Part shown: positions 9,750 through 18,658 of the stretch, piece by piece | Layout of the letters: the number at the start of each line of letters is the position of its first letter | Position numbering within the stretch: position 1 is the stretch's first letter | Virus record (IMG/VR): IMGVR_UViG_3300033150_000619 | Length of the DNA: 39,053 nt | DNA from: a virus | Taxonomy: Duplodnaviria; Heunggongvirae; Uroviricota; Caudoviricetes | Direction: 5' to 3' (one strand) | The notes under the pieces: model-generated | What the model was told of the DNA's origin: nothing | What the model saw: the letters and a program-made list of their open reading frames with translations, nothing else | Databases searched by the model: none | Position numbers and translations under genes: made by a program

Positions 9750-10007
9750 CTATTCCCTTCCCTCTAATAATATCTTTAGTACCTCTCTGCTTAATGGAGC
9801 TACAGTCTCATGTCCGCAGTCGAAGCAATGAAACCAGCTCTCGTATTTAGCATCTACATCCTCTACTCTGTATCTATTGGTCTATCCAGGGTTGTAACAT
9901 GCCCTATTAGATTTTATCCATATAGTTAAAGGTCGCTCCTCAAAGCTGTACCACGCATAACATCTGTGTCTACTAGAGCAATTTAGACAGTGTTTCTCTA
10001 AGTCCAT
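9750..10007 (-). pseudogene. 85-codon Cys-rich ORF interrupted by an in-frame TAG at 9882-9884
   Basis: MDLEKHCLNC...CYNPG*TNRY...HCFDCGHE...LLEGRE*; fills the gap between its neighbours. Confidence 0.5.
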
Positions 10008-10039
10008 TACCCTGATATTCTGCACCTTTAAGTTATCAC

Positions 10040-10810
10040 TCATTTGAATAAGCTTCCATAGTCTACTCTATCAAATACATCCAGTTTGGTTTTAGCACTA
10101 GCGTTGTATATTTCTATATTATTCTCTATAGCAGTTAGCTGAGCTACCCTGTATGAGTTAGTAGTTAAGTCTGTCCTAGGTTTATGATACTTCCTCCCCT
10201 CTCCAAAGTAGTCAGGTGTAAAATGGTCTGGATCATCACCTGATGATATAAGTCTCCCCTCAGACATACCAACCTCCCTAACATCATCTGTTCTGGAATA
10301 GTAGTGATCTATACCTATCAAATATATTGGATTGTATCCCATCATGCACGCTACCTGCAACATAAAGTATGTGACAGTCATTCCATGATATACTCTATCC
10401 GGAGATAGAGAAAAGTCTGGCCAGTACAGCAACCTATTCCCTATCCTTTTCCACCCACCCCTGATCTGGTTAACTAAGCAAACATTACTCCAGTTGGTTA
10501 TAGACTCAGCTAACTCGTAGGGTAGGAACTTGATGTCTGCTTCTAATGCATTCCATTCGTATACTGTATCTCTGGCTACCCTAACATCTTCTATACACCA
10601 ATAAGGAAAGTTAAAGTCAAGGTTCCACTTGTCATAGCCTAAATAAATCCTGTTACAGCTGAAGCAATCCTCGTCCTTGAGAAGACTTAGATCTAAGTCA
10701 TTTAGAGATGGTCCATTACCAATTACGAAGCACCTACCAGACTTAGTGTTGTGTAGGTCATGCAACGTCAGGTACTTCTTATTCCTTAGAAACTCTATAT
10801 CCTGATTCAT
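10040..10810 (-). CDS. DUF115/Maf-like (sialyltransferase-like) glycosyltransferase
   Basis: RCFVIGNGPSL, NRIY, G.TVT...LQVA..MGY.PIYLIGIDH, DHF..DYF, IYNAS. Confidence 0.8.
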   Translation of the reverse strand: MNQDIEFLRNKKYLTLHDLHNTKSGRCFVIGNGPSLNDLDLSLLKDEDCFSCNRIYLGYDKWNLDFNFPYWCIEDVRVARDTVYEWNALEADIKFLPYELAESITNWSNVCLVNQIRGGWKRIGNRLLYWPDFSLSPDRVYHGMTVTYFMLQVACMMGYNPIYLIGIDHYYSRTDDVREVGMSEGRLISSGDDPDHFTPDYFGEGRKYHKPRTDLTTNSYRVAQLTAIENNIEIYNASAKTKLDVFDRVDYGSLFK

Positions 10811-10853
10811 TCATATACTCCTCTCCACTTTCATCTACCTACCGTTTGCTTAA

Positions 10854-11222
10854 TCATGGTAGTTCAAACCAGCTCATCCAGTCATCATGAATAATTGTCG
10901 GTGGGTGTAGCCTTTTCACTTCTTGGTAGGACTCGTAACCACATCTTCTCTCCTCAACAGCGAGATAACAGGCTATGATGAAGGGGCTTCGATCAATACC
11001 TCCATGGCAGTGAACTAGGGTTGGATATCCCTTTCTAACCGACCTCCTGATTACACTAAGAATATCATTAATTTCGCCTCGGTCTCTCTCATAGAATTTA
11101 TCTAAGTCGAATCTCCAGTGCGATATGTCTATTATAATTACGGGAGTATCTTTATCTGATTCAAAGTAGACACCCGCTGAATCATCGCCTACATACAGGT
11201 TCTCTCTAATCTTCGTCAGCAT
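10854..11222 (-). CDS. Dual-specificity protein phosphatase
   Basis: I.ENLYVGD and the P-loop VHCHGGIDRSP (HCxxGxxR). Confidence 0.9.
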   Translation of the reverse strand: MLTKIRENLYVGDDSAGVYFESDKDTPVIIIDISHWRFDLDKFYERDRGEINDILSVIRRSVRKGYPTLVHCHGGIDRSPFIIACYLAVEERRCGYESYQEVKRLHPPTIIHDDWMSWFELP

Positions 11223-11224
11223 TT

Positions 11225-11575
11225 CTAAGTCCTCTTTTTGGTTTCTACTTGAGATAATACATCATTGAGAAGCCACTTCCCATAATCACTACCATTATTT
11301 GTTATTTCTCTAATCCATCCCTCTATTACATCAACGACTTGCGATTCTTGAAGGTGCAAATATAGTTGTTCCTCTTTTCCTGTCTCTTCATCCCCATCTA
11401 CTTTTAGATAAAAACCCTCATAATCAAATCCCGCTTCCCTAAGCATCGCATTTTCCCATCTAATAAAGTTAGGGTAATGCTTCACAAGAAGCCCAGAGTT
11501 TTTATATGGATCTTCTATGGTGTCCGTCTCCTGTGTTTGATAATGGATTGTCTTAATACGTACCCACAAGGACAA
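11225..11575 (-). CDS. hypothetical protein
   Basis: Co-oriented ORF abutting the next gene. Confidence 0.6.
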   Translation of the reverse strand: MSLWVRIKTIHYQTQETDTIEDPYKNSGLLVKHYPNFIRWENAMLREAGFDYEGFYLKVDGDEETGKEEQLYLHLQESQVVDVIEGWIREITNNGSDYGKWLLNDVLSQVETKKRT

Positions 11576-11629
11576 TATCTGGGTGTATCAATCGGACAAA
11601 CCGAGCAAAGGTTTTTGTTCTCAGTCTCT

Positions 11630-12646
11630 TCAAGAAGTCGATCTATCGTTCTGCTCATTATTATCATCTACCATCTGTTGTACCTTATCAGCATCTGGTT
11701 TGGGTAGAACCTTCATTAAATGTTTAGTTGCTTCAAAGACATATGATGGAACTTCTGTAGTGCCCCTAATCCTAGTTACATTCTCTCTATGGACAGCAAC
11801 TACTTCTGGACAATAGACTACCTTAAATCCATTAAGCCACGCCCTAAAGTTGTACTCAACATCATCACAATGTGCAATAAGCTTCTCGTCCATAAGTCCA
11901 CATTTATCTATACATTCTTTGGTAACGAGAAGCAGGGCTCCGGTATTCCACGTTACGTACTTCTGTCTATATATCTTATCTTTAACTAACCTAATGGGTT
12001 TACCGGCAAAGTTGTGCCACACAGGCATCTGTCCGTAAGATGCCCAACTATCTATTTCTGTATTATAGGTTCCACCTGCGTGTTGCACTATTGTCTTACC
12101 TGGATAGAGAAGTAGACATCCAACTATCCCAATCTTAGAGTCCTGTTTAGCACAGTCTACTAACTTATCTAACCATCTTTCTTCTACGAAGACATCATCA
12201 TTAAGCATAACTAAGTAATCAGAGTCCTTTACTCCTCTAAATCCTATGTTAATGTCACGGGCATAGTTGTATGGTTTCTCATTGAAATGTGTCTCTACTA
12301 TAACTAGCCTGTGCTCCCCAGGAGTATACTTATCAATCCTATACTTACAGAACTGGAAGTTCTCTCCCCCAACATCAGGGGTTGTGATTACAATCGTAGC
12401 TCTATAGTCTCTATCTTCCTTTCTAGGAATGTGAACGGAGCCGGTCGGAAACGGTAATCGTTCAACAGTCAGTCTTCCTGACTTAACCTTACTCTTAGGC
12501 ACCATTGCCATTCTATCAGGAGGAGCAGATATCACCTCAGGCTCAGGGTCTGGTTCCCATCCTGGGTTATTACTCCTACAGATTCTACATATCCTATCAG
12601 TTCCTAGGAATATACCACCACATATCAGGCATCTCTTCTGTTCCAT
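11630..12646 (-). CDS. Glycosyltransferase family 2 with N-terminal CxxC-x9-CxxC module
   Basis: MLNDD, IGIVG.LLLYP..VQHAG, TGALLL, DDVEYNFR, H.E..TR; N-terminal CLIC...CRIC. Confidence 0.9.
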   Translation of the reverse strand: MEQKRCLICGGIFLGTDRICRICRSNNPGWEPDPEPEVISAPPDRMAMVPKSKVKSGRLTVERLPFPTGSVHIPRKEDRDYRATIVITTPDVGGENFQFCKYRIDKYTPGEHRLVIVETHFNEKPYNYARDINIGFRGVKDSDYLVMLNDDVFVEERWLDKLVDCAKQDSKIGIVGCLLLYPGKTIVQHAGGTYNTEIDSWASYGQMPVWHNFAGKPIRLVKDKIYRQKYVTWNTGALLLVTKECIDKCGLMDEKLIAHCDDVEYNFRAWLNGFKVVYCPEVVAVHRENVTRIRGTTEVPSYVFEATKHLMKVLPKPDADKVQQMVDDNNEQNDRSTS

Positions 12647-12810
12647 TCTTCCTCAAACCACTTATCTACATCTTGTAAGTACAACCACCGTATAAACGAA
12701 GTTTCTGAGTCTCCATCTGGGTAAATGGTCAGATTCCAATACTTTTCATCAGACGGATCCGGAAAGTCATCCGGTATGTGTTTAGCCGCTCCTATCAACG
12801 TATCCTTCAT
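12625..12810 (-). CDS. hypothetical protein
   Basis: Small co-oriented ORF. Confidence 0.5.
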   Translation of the reverse strand: MKDTLIGAAKHIPDDFPDPSDEKYWNLTIYPDGDSETSFIRWLYLQDVDKWFEEEWNRRDA

Positions 12811-12873
12811 TTACTATATCCACCCATCATATACATTTCCACATTCTATATGACTTTAATATTTCTACATTGA

Positions 12874-15135
12874 CTAGCCTTCAATGTTCCATAGCTCCAT
12901 TATCTTATCCAGGGTATGTGTCCATGTGTAGGTTGAGCGGCATCGCTGTGCACCACGTATAGCAATCTTTCTGGCATATTCCCAGTTATCATACACATAT
13001 CTCATCTGTTCCATACAGGACTTTAGAGATGGCTCTAAATACTCTATTGTATGATATTCTCCTTCGTGTGCAGGTCTAAACGCTGGACCTTCTACTTCAA
13101 TTGGGAAGTAATCCTTCTGTAGGAATTCTACATGTCCACTACCATCTGTTATTATTACCGGCAAACCAGACGCCAGTGCTTCTAAGGCAGGTAGACAGTT
13201 ATGTACACAAAACCCACCGGTAACATAGGTATTATCCTCTTCAACCTCTAAGTTGTAAACTTTACCACTATAGTATGTTCTCTTAACGTCCTTTACTAGG
13301 TGAACGTTGAATCCTCCATTATTAACAACTTTATTGGAGTGTCTCCTTCCTCTTTTAGTGCTATAGCTCAATGTGTATTGATATCTATCTTTTCTCTCGC
13401 TACATTGAATAGTAGATGGATATCCGTTATTGGATAGACATATCCTAAGACCATGAATCAAATCAACAGACACACTCGAGTATCGCCACGTATTACCGGA
13501 TAAAGAACCATCCCCCAGAAACGCTGCTTCTATAAATTGCATACCTAAATCTTTATTCTGTATTATTTCATTTGGAACTCTCTTATGATATGCTCCTTCT
13601 CCACATAGATGAGAAAACAACTTGGCATAAACTCTACCGGATAAAGTTACCTGTGTTTTTGTATCATAATCACTTACACAAACAGATTTACCAAATATAG
13701 AACCAACTAGGTTCTTCACATCTTCTACAAGCTCCGGTTCCTTCCCAAATGTAAATTGTGTAGCGTTACCATTAGACACTATACTCCCTTCAGATGCGTA
13801 ATATCCAAGAAGCCTAGACATATTTTCATCTATTAGATAGAATCTTTTGTATCTAATGGGTTTACTTTGTTGGTGATTTATAGACTTAAGGTACTCGTAA
13901 ACTACCTCTTGTCTAGTCGTAGACGGGGGAACACCACTATGATATTTATGAATGGTAGTCTCTACAACTTTCTTAGTTTCTCCAGTGATACTCATTATAT
14001 TAGATATACTACTCATCACACGAGGAGAATATCCATTCTTGAACCAAACCTGGGAGTCGTCATATAATACACTGTCATCTATGCTTACATAATCTATCCT
14101 ATATTCTTTATTTTCTAGTTCATAAGAGGGAAATAGTACACAGTCCCCCTTCTCTAAGTGTCTACACTTTATCCAAGTAGCATCATCTACATCCCAATTT
14201 GGTCTAGCTCCATTTCTCTTTATTACTAAGACTGGATGTTCTCCGGTCATAGATATGTCAAAAGGATATCCCCAAATATCTACAGAGTAAATAGGTTCTT
14301 CAAACACATACCTCGACAAAACTGAGGTAACAGGTCTAAATCTCCCTTTGTGAGTGTAGACCCCAGTTCCTCTTTGAATATCTATCATCGGTGTTATTCC
14401 ATCTTCAGTTACAACTGGAGTTTCTGGAAGTAAACAGAATCCCTCGCCGCGCGTTGGTAACACAAATGCATGAACTCCAGCATACATATCACCCATGCGA
14501 GAGAACGGTATCTTAGTAGTATCCTTAATGATATTCTTAGCTTTAGTAAAGTCTCTGGATGACCTAACCAGTAGATTAGCTTCTGATACCTTAAACTCCT
14601 GCCTAAATGCCTTCTCTAATACATCAAGTCCCTTACGCCAATCATCTGCTGCTATAGTGAGAAATGTGAACTTTCCAGTAGGCTCTGGTTGAATATGGAA
14701 TATGTCTGGATCAATACCATGTGGCACTACTCTTATCGGTGTGTTACTCTTACCAAGCTCGAATGCCTTCTTAGCAAACTCACTCGGGACCAATATAATA
14801 TCTACATCATCTGTAGACTTCCGATAAAATGAAGGTATCTTAGTGGCTTCCCAGTCTGTATAGAGTAGTTGATAGGATGGCTTAGGTCTAACATACGGAA
14901 TTGTAGTTATAGAGAGCATAGTCCTGTCTCTCGCTACACCCTTGACATACTCTTCTGTTACCTGTTTGCCCAACAGGTATTCATACTCACTCCTGTCGAA
15001 GGGACCAGAATCCTTACTGATTAGTAGCAGGTCGTGGTCTATGTTCTTCTTATAGAGTTCTCTTACTATGAAATGACCAATGATAGCAAAGGAACTTGGA
15101 AACTGTATATGGGCTCTGATTATGGGTACAAACAT
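12874..15135 (-). CDS. Glycosyltransferase family 4 (GT-B) with intein
   Basis: VPSEF, VVPHGID, RKGLD; the spliced motif is LPTRGEGFCLPALEALASGLPVI (E-x7-E). Extein 340 aa. Confidence 0.92.
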   Translation of the reverse strand: MFVPIIRAHIQFPSSFAIIGHFIVRELYKKNIDHDLLLISKDSGPFDRSEYEYLLGKQVTEEYVKGVARDRTMLSITTIPYVRPKPSYQLLYTDWEATKIPSFYRKSTDDVDIILVPSEFAKKAFELGKSNTPIRVVPHGIDPDIFHIQPEPTGKFTFLTIAADDWRKGLDVLEKAFRQEFKVSEANLLVRSSRDFTKAKNIIKDTTKIPFSRMGDMYAGVHAFVLPTRGEGFCLLPETPVVTEDGITPMIDIQRGTGVYTHKGRFRPVTSVLSRYVFEEPIYSVDIWGYPFDISMTGEHPVLVIKRNGARPNWDVDDATWIKCRHLEKGDCVLFPSYELENKEYRIDYVSIDDSVLYDDSQVWFKNGYSPRVMSSISNIMSITGETKKVVETTIHKYHSGVPPSTTRQEVVYEYLKSINHQQSKPIRYKRFYLIDENMSRLLGYYASEGSIVSNGNATQFTFGKEPELVEDVKNLVGSIFGKSVCVSDYDTKTQVTLSGRVYAKLFSHLCGEGAYHKRVPNEIIQNKDLGMQFIEAAFLGDGSLSGNTWRYSSVSVDLIHGLRICLSNNGYPSTIQCSERKDRYQYTLSYSTKRGRRHSNKVVNNGGFNVHLVKDVKRTYYSGKVYNLEVEEDNTYVTGGFCVHNCLPALEALASGLPVIITDGSGHVEFLQKDYFPIEVEGPAFRPAHEGEYHTIEYLEPSLKSCMEQMRYVYDNWEYARKIAIRGAQRCRSTYTWTHTLDKIMELWNIEG
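13198..14436 (-). mobile_element. Intein (413 aa) with LAGLIDADG endonuclease
   Basis: CLLPETPV ... TGEHPVL ... LLGYYASEGS ... FIEAAFLGDGS ... VYNLEVEEDNTYV..CVHN, with +1 Cys. Confidence 0.93.
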
Positions 15136-15136
15136 G

Positions 15137-15391
15137 TTATTCCAACATTACAGGCAATCTACCTACTCTCTGACATTTGACTTGAATTCCCAGGAAGTAC
15201 GGTATTTCATCTACTATATGTATAAAGTCCTCTCTTACCACTTCGTCATACAACATAGGATGTAAATAGATAGTATGGATATCATCTAGGTCTGAGTCTT
15301 CTATATATCTTAGCATTGTCCGATAGATTATGGTACCCATCGATAGCTTCTCTGTCGGGTCTAATCTTAGCTCGATAGACATTACCCGCAT
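15137..15391 (-). CDS. hypothetical protein
   Basis: Coupled to both neighbours. Confidence 0.6.
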   Translation of the reverse strand: MRVMSIELRLDPTEKLSMGTIIYRTMLRYIEDSDLDDIHTIYLHPMLYDEVVREDFIHIVDEIPYFLGIQVKCQRVGRLPVMLE

Positions 15392-15873
15392 TACTGATCA
15401 ACGTATGGAATTATAACCAGATATGTCTCTTTATGGAGATGGTTCTGTGCATGCCGCATGGTCCACGTTCCACCAGATCTACGATAATATTTACCGGTAT
15501 TCCAATCGTATTCTACCTTATCACCGAACTTCGTGACATCGTGATCAACAAACTCTGGTTCGATATCGTAGAGAACATCACTTTGTTCAGCTATCTCAAT
15601 ATTCCTTGTCTTATATCCTCTTAGTACCCTACCATCGAATGTGGCTACACTGTTCCATCTCTGTACTTCAGGATAATGGATAACCCTCTCTATCTTCAGG
15701 TCTGACGCCACCTCTTCCGCCCATATATCTACTCCACCACTCGGACATCCACCGGATATTAGTATTGGGTAATCGTAAGAACCTAGTATCTCCAGTATCT
15801 TCTCATAGACCAATCCCTTCTGCGATTCAGTCCAGTATTTCTCTTCACTGCCTACTATACCTACGTTTATCAT
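15391..15873 (-). CDS. SLOG-superfamily (YspA/DUF2493-like) protein
   Basis: VGIVGS, ISGGC..GVDIWAE, RN.EIAE.SD, SGGT.T. Confidence 0.75.
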   Translation of the reverse strand: MINVGIVGSEEKYWTESQKGLVYEKILEILGSYDYPILISGGCPSGGVDIWAEEVASDLKIERVIHYPEVQRWNSVATFDGRVLRGYKTRNIEIAEQSDVLYDIEPEFVDHDVTKFGDKVEYDWNTGKYYRRSGGTWTMRHAQNHLHKETYLVIIPYVDQ

Positions 15874-15917
15874 CTAATACACCGAACCTGCGTAAACTAT
15901 GCCAGGAGTTGGTGGTA

Positions 15918-16268
15918 TCATAATATTCTCTTTCCTACATTCTCATCTATGAACTTAGACCAGTGGTGCCTCTTAGTTTCTATGATGAAGATAGGCTTGC
16001 TTAGAGCGTACGCACTCCCCATATCAAATATGGTACCTAAGCTCGATAGGTCCCATATCACATGTACCTCATCACACCACTCTATACCCTCGAGATTCTT
16101 AGAGAGTATAACATTCTCCCATGCTCCTTCAAAGTTAGGACCTGGTTCCTGCGCCGTATCTCTGCAAGGTACATATGTATCGTGCCCTTCATATTCTAGT
16201 TTCTCAGCCCATCTAAGAGCATTATCACACATCCCCATCGAGTGAGCTATAAATATCTTCTTAGACAT
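15918..16268 (-). CDS. Nucleoside 2-deoxyribosyltransferase/Rcl-like protein
   Basis: KIFIAHS, YVP.RD, I..CD.V, SLGTIFDMGSAYALSKPI. Confidence 0.75.
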   Translation of the reverse strand: MSKKIFIAHSMGMCDNALRWAEKLEYEGHDTYVPCRDTAQEPGPNFEGAWENVILSKNLEGIEWCDEVHVIWDLSSLGTIFDMGSAYALSKPIFIIETKRHHWSKFIDENVGKRIL

Positions 16269-16290
16269 AACTTTCCTCCTCTATCTAATT

Positions 16291-16626
16291 TCATAGATTC
16301 AACATCTTCTCTTCTATCAAGCACTCTTCCATCAGGTCTATATAATTCAATAGATCATCTACCGTATCTTGCAATGGCTCGTTCTTAGGTTGTTTGCCGG
16401 AGAATAACAGATTGCTTAACCTCTGCAATTTGAGTATAACATACATAAGGGCAACACCATACGGGACTGTTACGTCTACATTAAGTATTCGTAATATCTC
16501 AGACACCTGCTTAAAGTTAGCAAGTACATCTTGCTCCTTAGCGTAATCGTGTCCTTTGGATTTACGGAGAGCCCACCTTCTCTTAAAGGATGAATCTCTT
16601 ATCTTCTTAGACTCTTCTATCTTCAT
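16291..16626 (-). CDS. DUF1599/nucleotide-modification-associated all-alpha (MazG-like) protein
   Basis: K.HDYA...D.LANF, KLQRL.NL, NEPLQDTVDDLLNY. Confidence 0.75.
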   Translation of the reverse strand: MKIEESKKIRDSSFKRRWALRKSKGHDYAKEQDVLANFKQVSEILRILNVDVTVPYGVALMYVILKLQRLSNLLFSGKQPKNEPLQDTVDDLLNYIDLMEECLIEEKMLNL

Positions 16627-16643
16627 TTGATAATAGGAAGTAA

Positions 16644-16940
16644 CTACACAATAAAAGAATTACTGGGTAGGTCATCCTCTTCTCTTCTTATAGGTACAGC
16701 AATATCTTCCATCTCAGCTAATGTAAGCTCCTGTATCTTCTGGGAAAGAAGGACTACGGCATTAAGTGGGATATCATCTATTGTCTCGAACTTTGGATCG
16801 ATGGTAGCTGCCATTACCATATAAGGAATAACCATAATTGAGTTACTATACATATTAGCTATCGCCAGTACTTCTGATACATTGAGAGGTCGTACTGTAT
16901 ACATCTCTCCATCTATCTCTATATCCTCCGTCTTTCTCAT
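16644..16940 (-). CDS. hypothetical protein
   Basis: SD GGAG upstream; co-oriented. Confidence 0.6.
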   Translation of the reverse strand: MRKTEDIEIDGEMYTVRPLNVSEVLAIANMYSNSIMVIPYMVMAATIDPKFETIDDIPLNAVVLLSQKIQELTLAEMEDIAVPIRREEDDLPSNSFIV

Positions 16941-17028
16941 CCCAAATCTCCACTAAGTATTATGGCTATGACCATTTATAGATATGCTTCCATTGAAGTG
17001 GTCCATCTTTAACGTACTGTTTGTCTAT

Positions 17029-17289
17029 CTACCAAGCGTGAGAACCTAATGATATTGCTAAGCTATTGCATCGTCCTATTCTTAACTCCTCTAACAGACA
17101 TATCTGTAGCCCAGAATCTATAATCTCCCTTCTGACTCTACGATAGAAGACTCTAACACTAGGCGGATGTATCACCTTAATGCTATTGTTGATTAAATCG
17201 AATCTCGCAACAGAGGTCATATTTATACGTCTATGGCTAACCCTATCTAGTAAACTGTTTACTACTCTATCTATTAACCTGTACATCAT
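17029..17289 (-). CDS. hypothetical protein
   Basis: Co-oriented ORF overlapping the MTase stop. Confidence 0.45.
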   Translation of the reverse strand: MMYRLIDRVVNSLLDRVSHRRINMTSVARFDLINNSIKVIHPPSVRVFYRRVRREIIDSGLQICLLEELRIGRCNSLAISLGSHAW

Positions 17290-18610
17290 AGTTTAGTTCC
17301 TTAAGTCTATTGATGGATATATCTATGTACCTGGGTTCTATCTCTACTCCAATACAATTTCTATTTAGAGTAGCAGCTGCAACCATAGTAGTTCCAGACC
17401 CAATAAATGGATCAAGTACTGTGTCACCCTCAGAAGTTGCAGCCTTTATGAACCACTCAGCCAACTTGACTGGGAAGACTGCAGGATGTACCTTATTCCC
17501 ATATTCGCTTCCTATATCAATGATATTCTTCGGTAGAGCTCCCTTGGGATTTGGCTCCCATTCCTTATATTCCCTGACAGGATTATTAGGGTCACGAGCC
17601 CATCTCTTCTTTATAGGGTACTCCATTCTCTTGACCGATATCGGATTATATGGTCTGCGGACATCATCTCTATTGAACCTAAAGTTAAGGGACTTTGAAA
17701 ACCACAGACAATTATGTACAATTCCACCAAGTGTAACATAACTATGATCATCTTCCACTTCTAAATTATGAACAGTAACCTCCTTCTTAAGAGGAATAAT
17801 ACTACGTATCTTATGATAACTAAACCTGTTATTTAAATGAATAAATGGTTGTCTAAGAGATGAATTTACTACCTCATGATGAATTACTGGAATAGTTAAA
17901 TAGTCTCCAACACTGAGTTCCCCAATAGGTACCCACCGTAGACTTTGCGTATCTACTATATCATTACAATTAAAAGTACAAGACGGTCTACATGTATGAG
18001 ATTTATACTTTGAACAGTGATGATTGATAACCGCTAATACTGGATGGTTATGAGTTATTTCTAATGGATTAGGAAATCCAGTTACAGAAACTGACAGTAA
18101 ATTACTAGTTCGTCTTGTCATAGTATTTGTTACTCTTCTATAATTTCCAGTATGAGATAAGACATAATCTCCTACTGAGATATATTTAATCCTCTTTAAA
18201 CCTTGTGAAGTATATATCAAGGTATCTGGTGCTACACACGGTTCATAGACATTTGTAGCACGATAGTTGCTTCTAATGGGTAGCATCTTACCCTTATTCC
18301 ATATATACATCTCAATGTAATGAAGACCTAATTCATCTACGGCGTAGAGCCACAGCTGTGGTATTCTGGTAGAACGCTCGACCTTAGTTACTTTATCATC
18401 TATATTTAGAACAAATATCCCGCTCTCCTTTAGAAGAGGAGGTATTAGCTTCATCCAGTCTTTGGACCACTGGATGTATTCGTCCTCTGATAAATTGAGG
18501 TCATACTCCTTGCCAACGTTGTACGGTGGTGAAGTAAAGACTAGGTCTATAGATTCCTTTTCTAATTGAGGTAGAATATCAAACGTATCCCCTTCATACA
18601 AATGGAGCAT
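17267..18610 (-). CDS. Beta-class amino (N4-C/N6-A) DNA methyltransferase with mini-intein
   Basis: Motif IV TSPPY precedes HPAVFP and motif I VLDPFIGSGTT. Extein 271 aa. Confidence 0.93.
   Translation of the reverse strand: MLHLYEGDTFDILPQLEKESIDLVFTSPPYNVGKEYDLNLSEDEYIQWSKDWMKLIPPLLKESGIFVLNIDDKVTKVERSTRIPQLWLYAVDELGLHYIEMYIWNKGKMLPIRSNYRATNVYEPCVAPDTLIYTSQGLKRIKYISVGDYVLSHTGNYRRVTNTMTRRTSNLLSVSVTGFPNPLEITHNHPVLAVINHHCSKYKSHTCRPSCTFNCNDIVDTQSLRWVPIGELSVGDYLTIPVIHHEVVNSSLRQPFIHLNNRFSYHKIRSIIPLKKEVTVHNLEVEDDHSYVTLGGIVHNCLWFSKSLNFRFNRDDVRRPYNPISVKRMEYPIKKRWARDPNNPVREYKEWEPNPKGALPKNIIDIGSEYGNKVHPAVFPVKLAEWFIKAATSEGDTVLDPFIGSGTTMVAAATLNRNCIGVEIEPRYIDISINRLKELNYDVQVNR
17711..18238 (-). mobile_element. 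Mini-intein (176 aa) with a Cys/His-rich insert
   Basis: CVAPDTLI ... ITHNHPVL ... VHNLEVEDDHSYV..IVHN, with +1 Cys; no LAGLIDADG motif. Confidence 0.92.
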
Positions 18611-18658
18611 AATATAAATCCAGGGATGATCACTTATTAGCGTACCTTTTGACTGCTA

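Noticed and set aside
16644-16940. Tail assembly chaperone (IEIDGEMYTVRPL..)
   Set aside because: The resemblance is superficial and there are no tail tube or tape-measure genes nearby.
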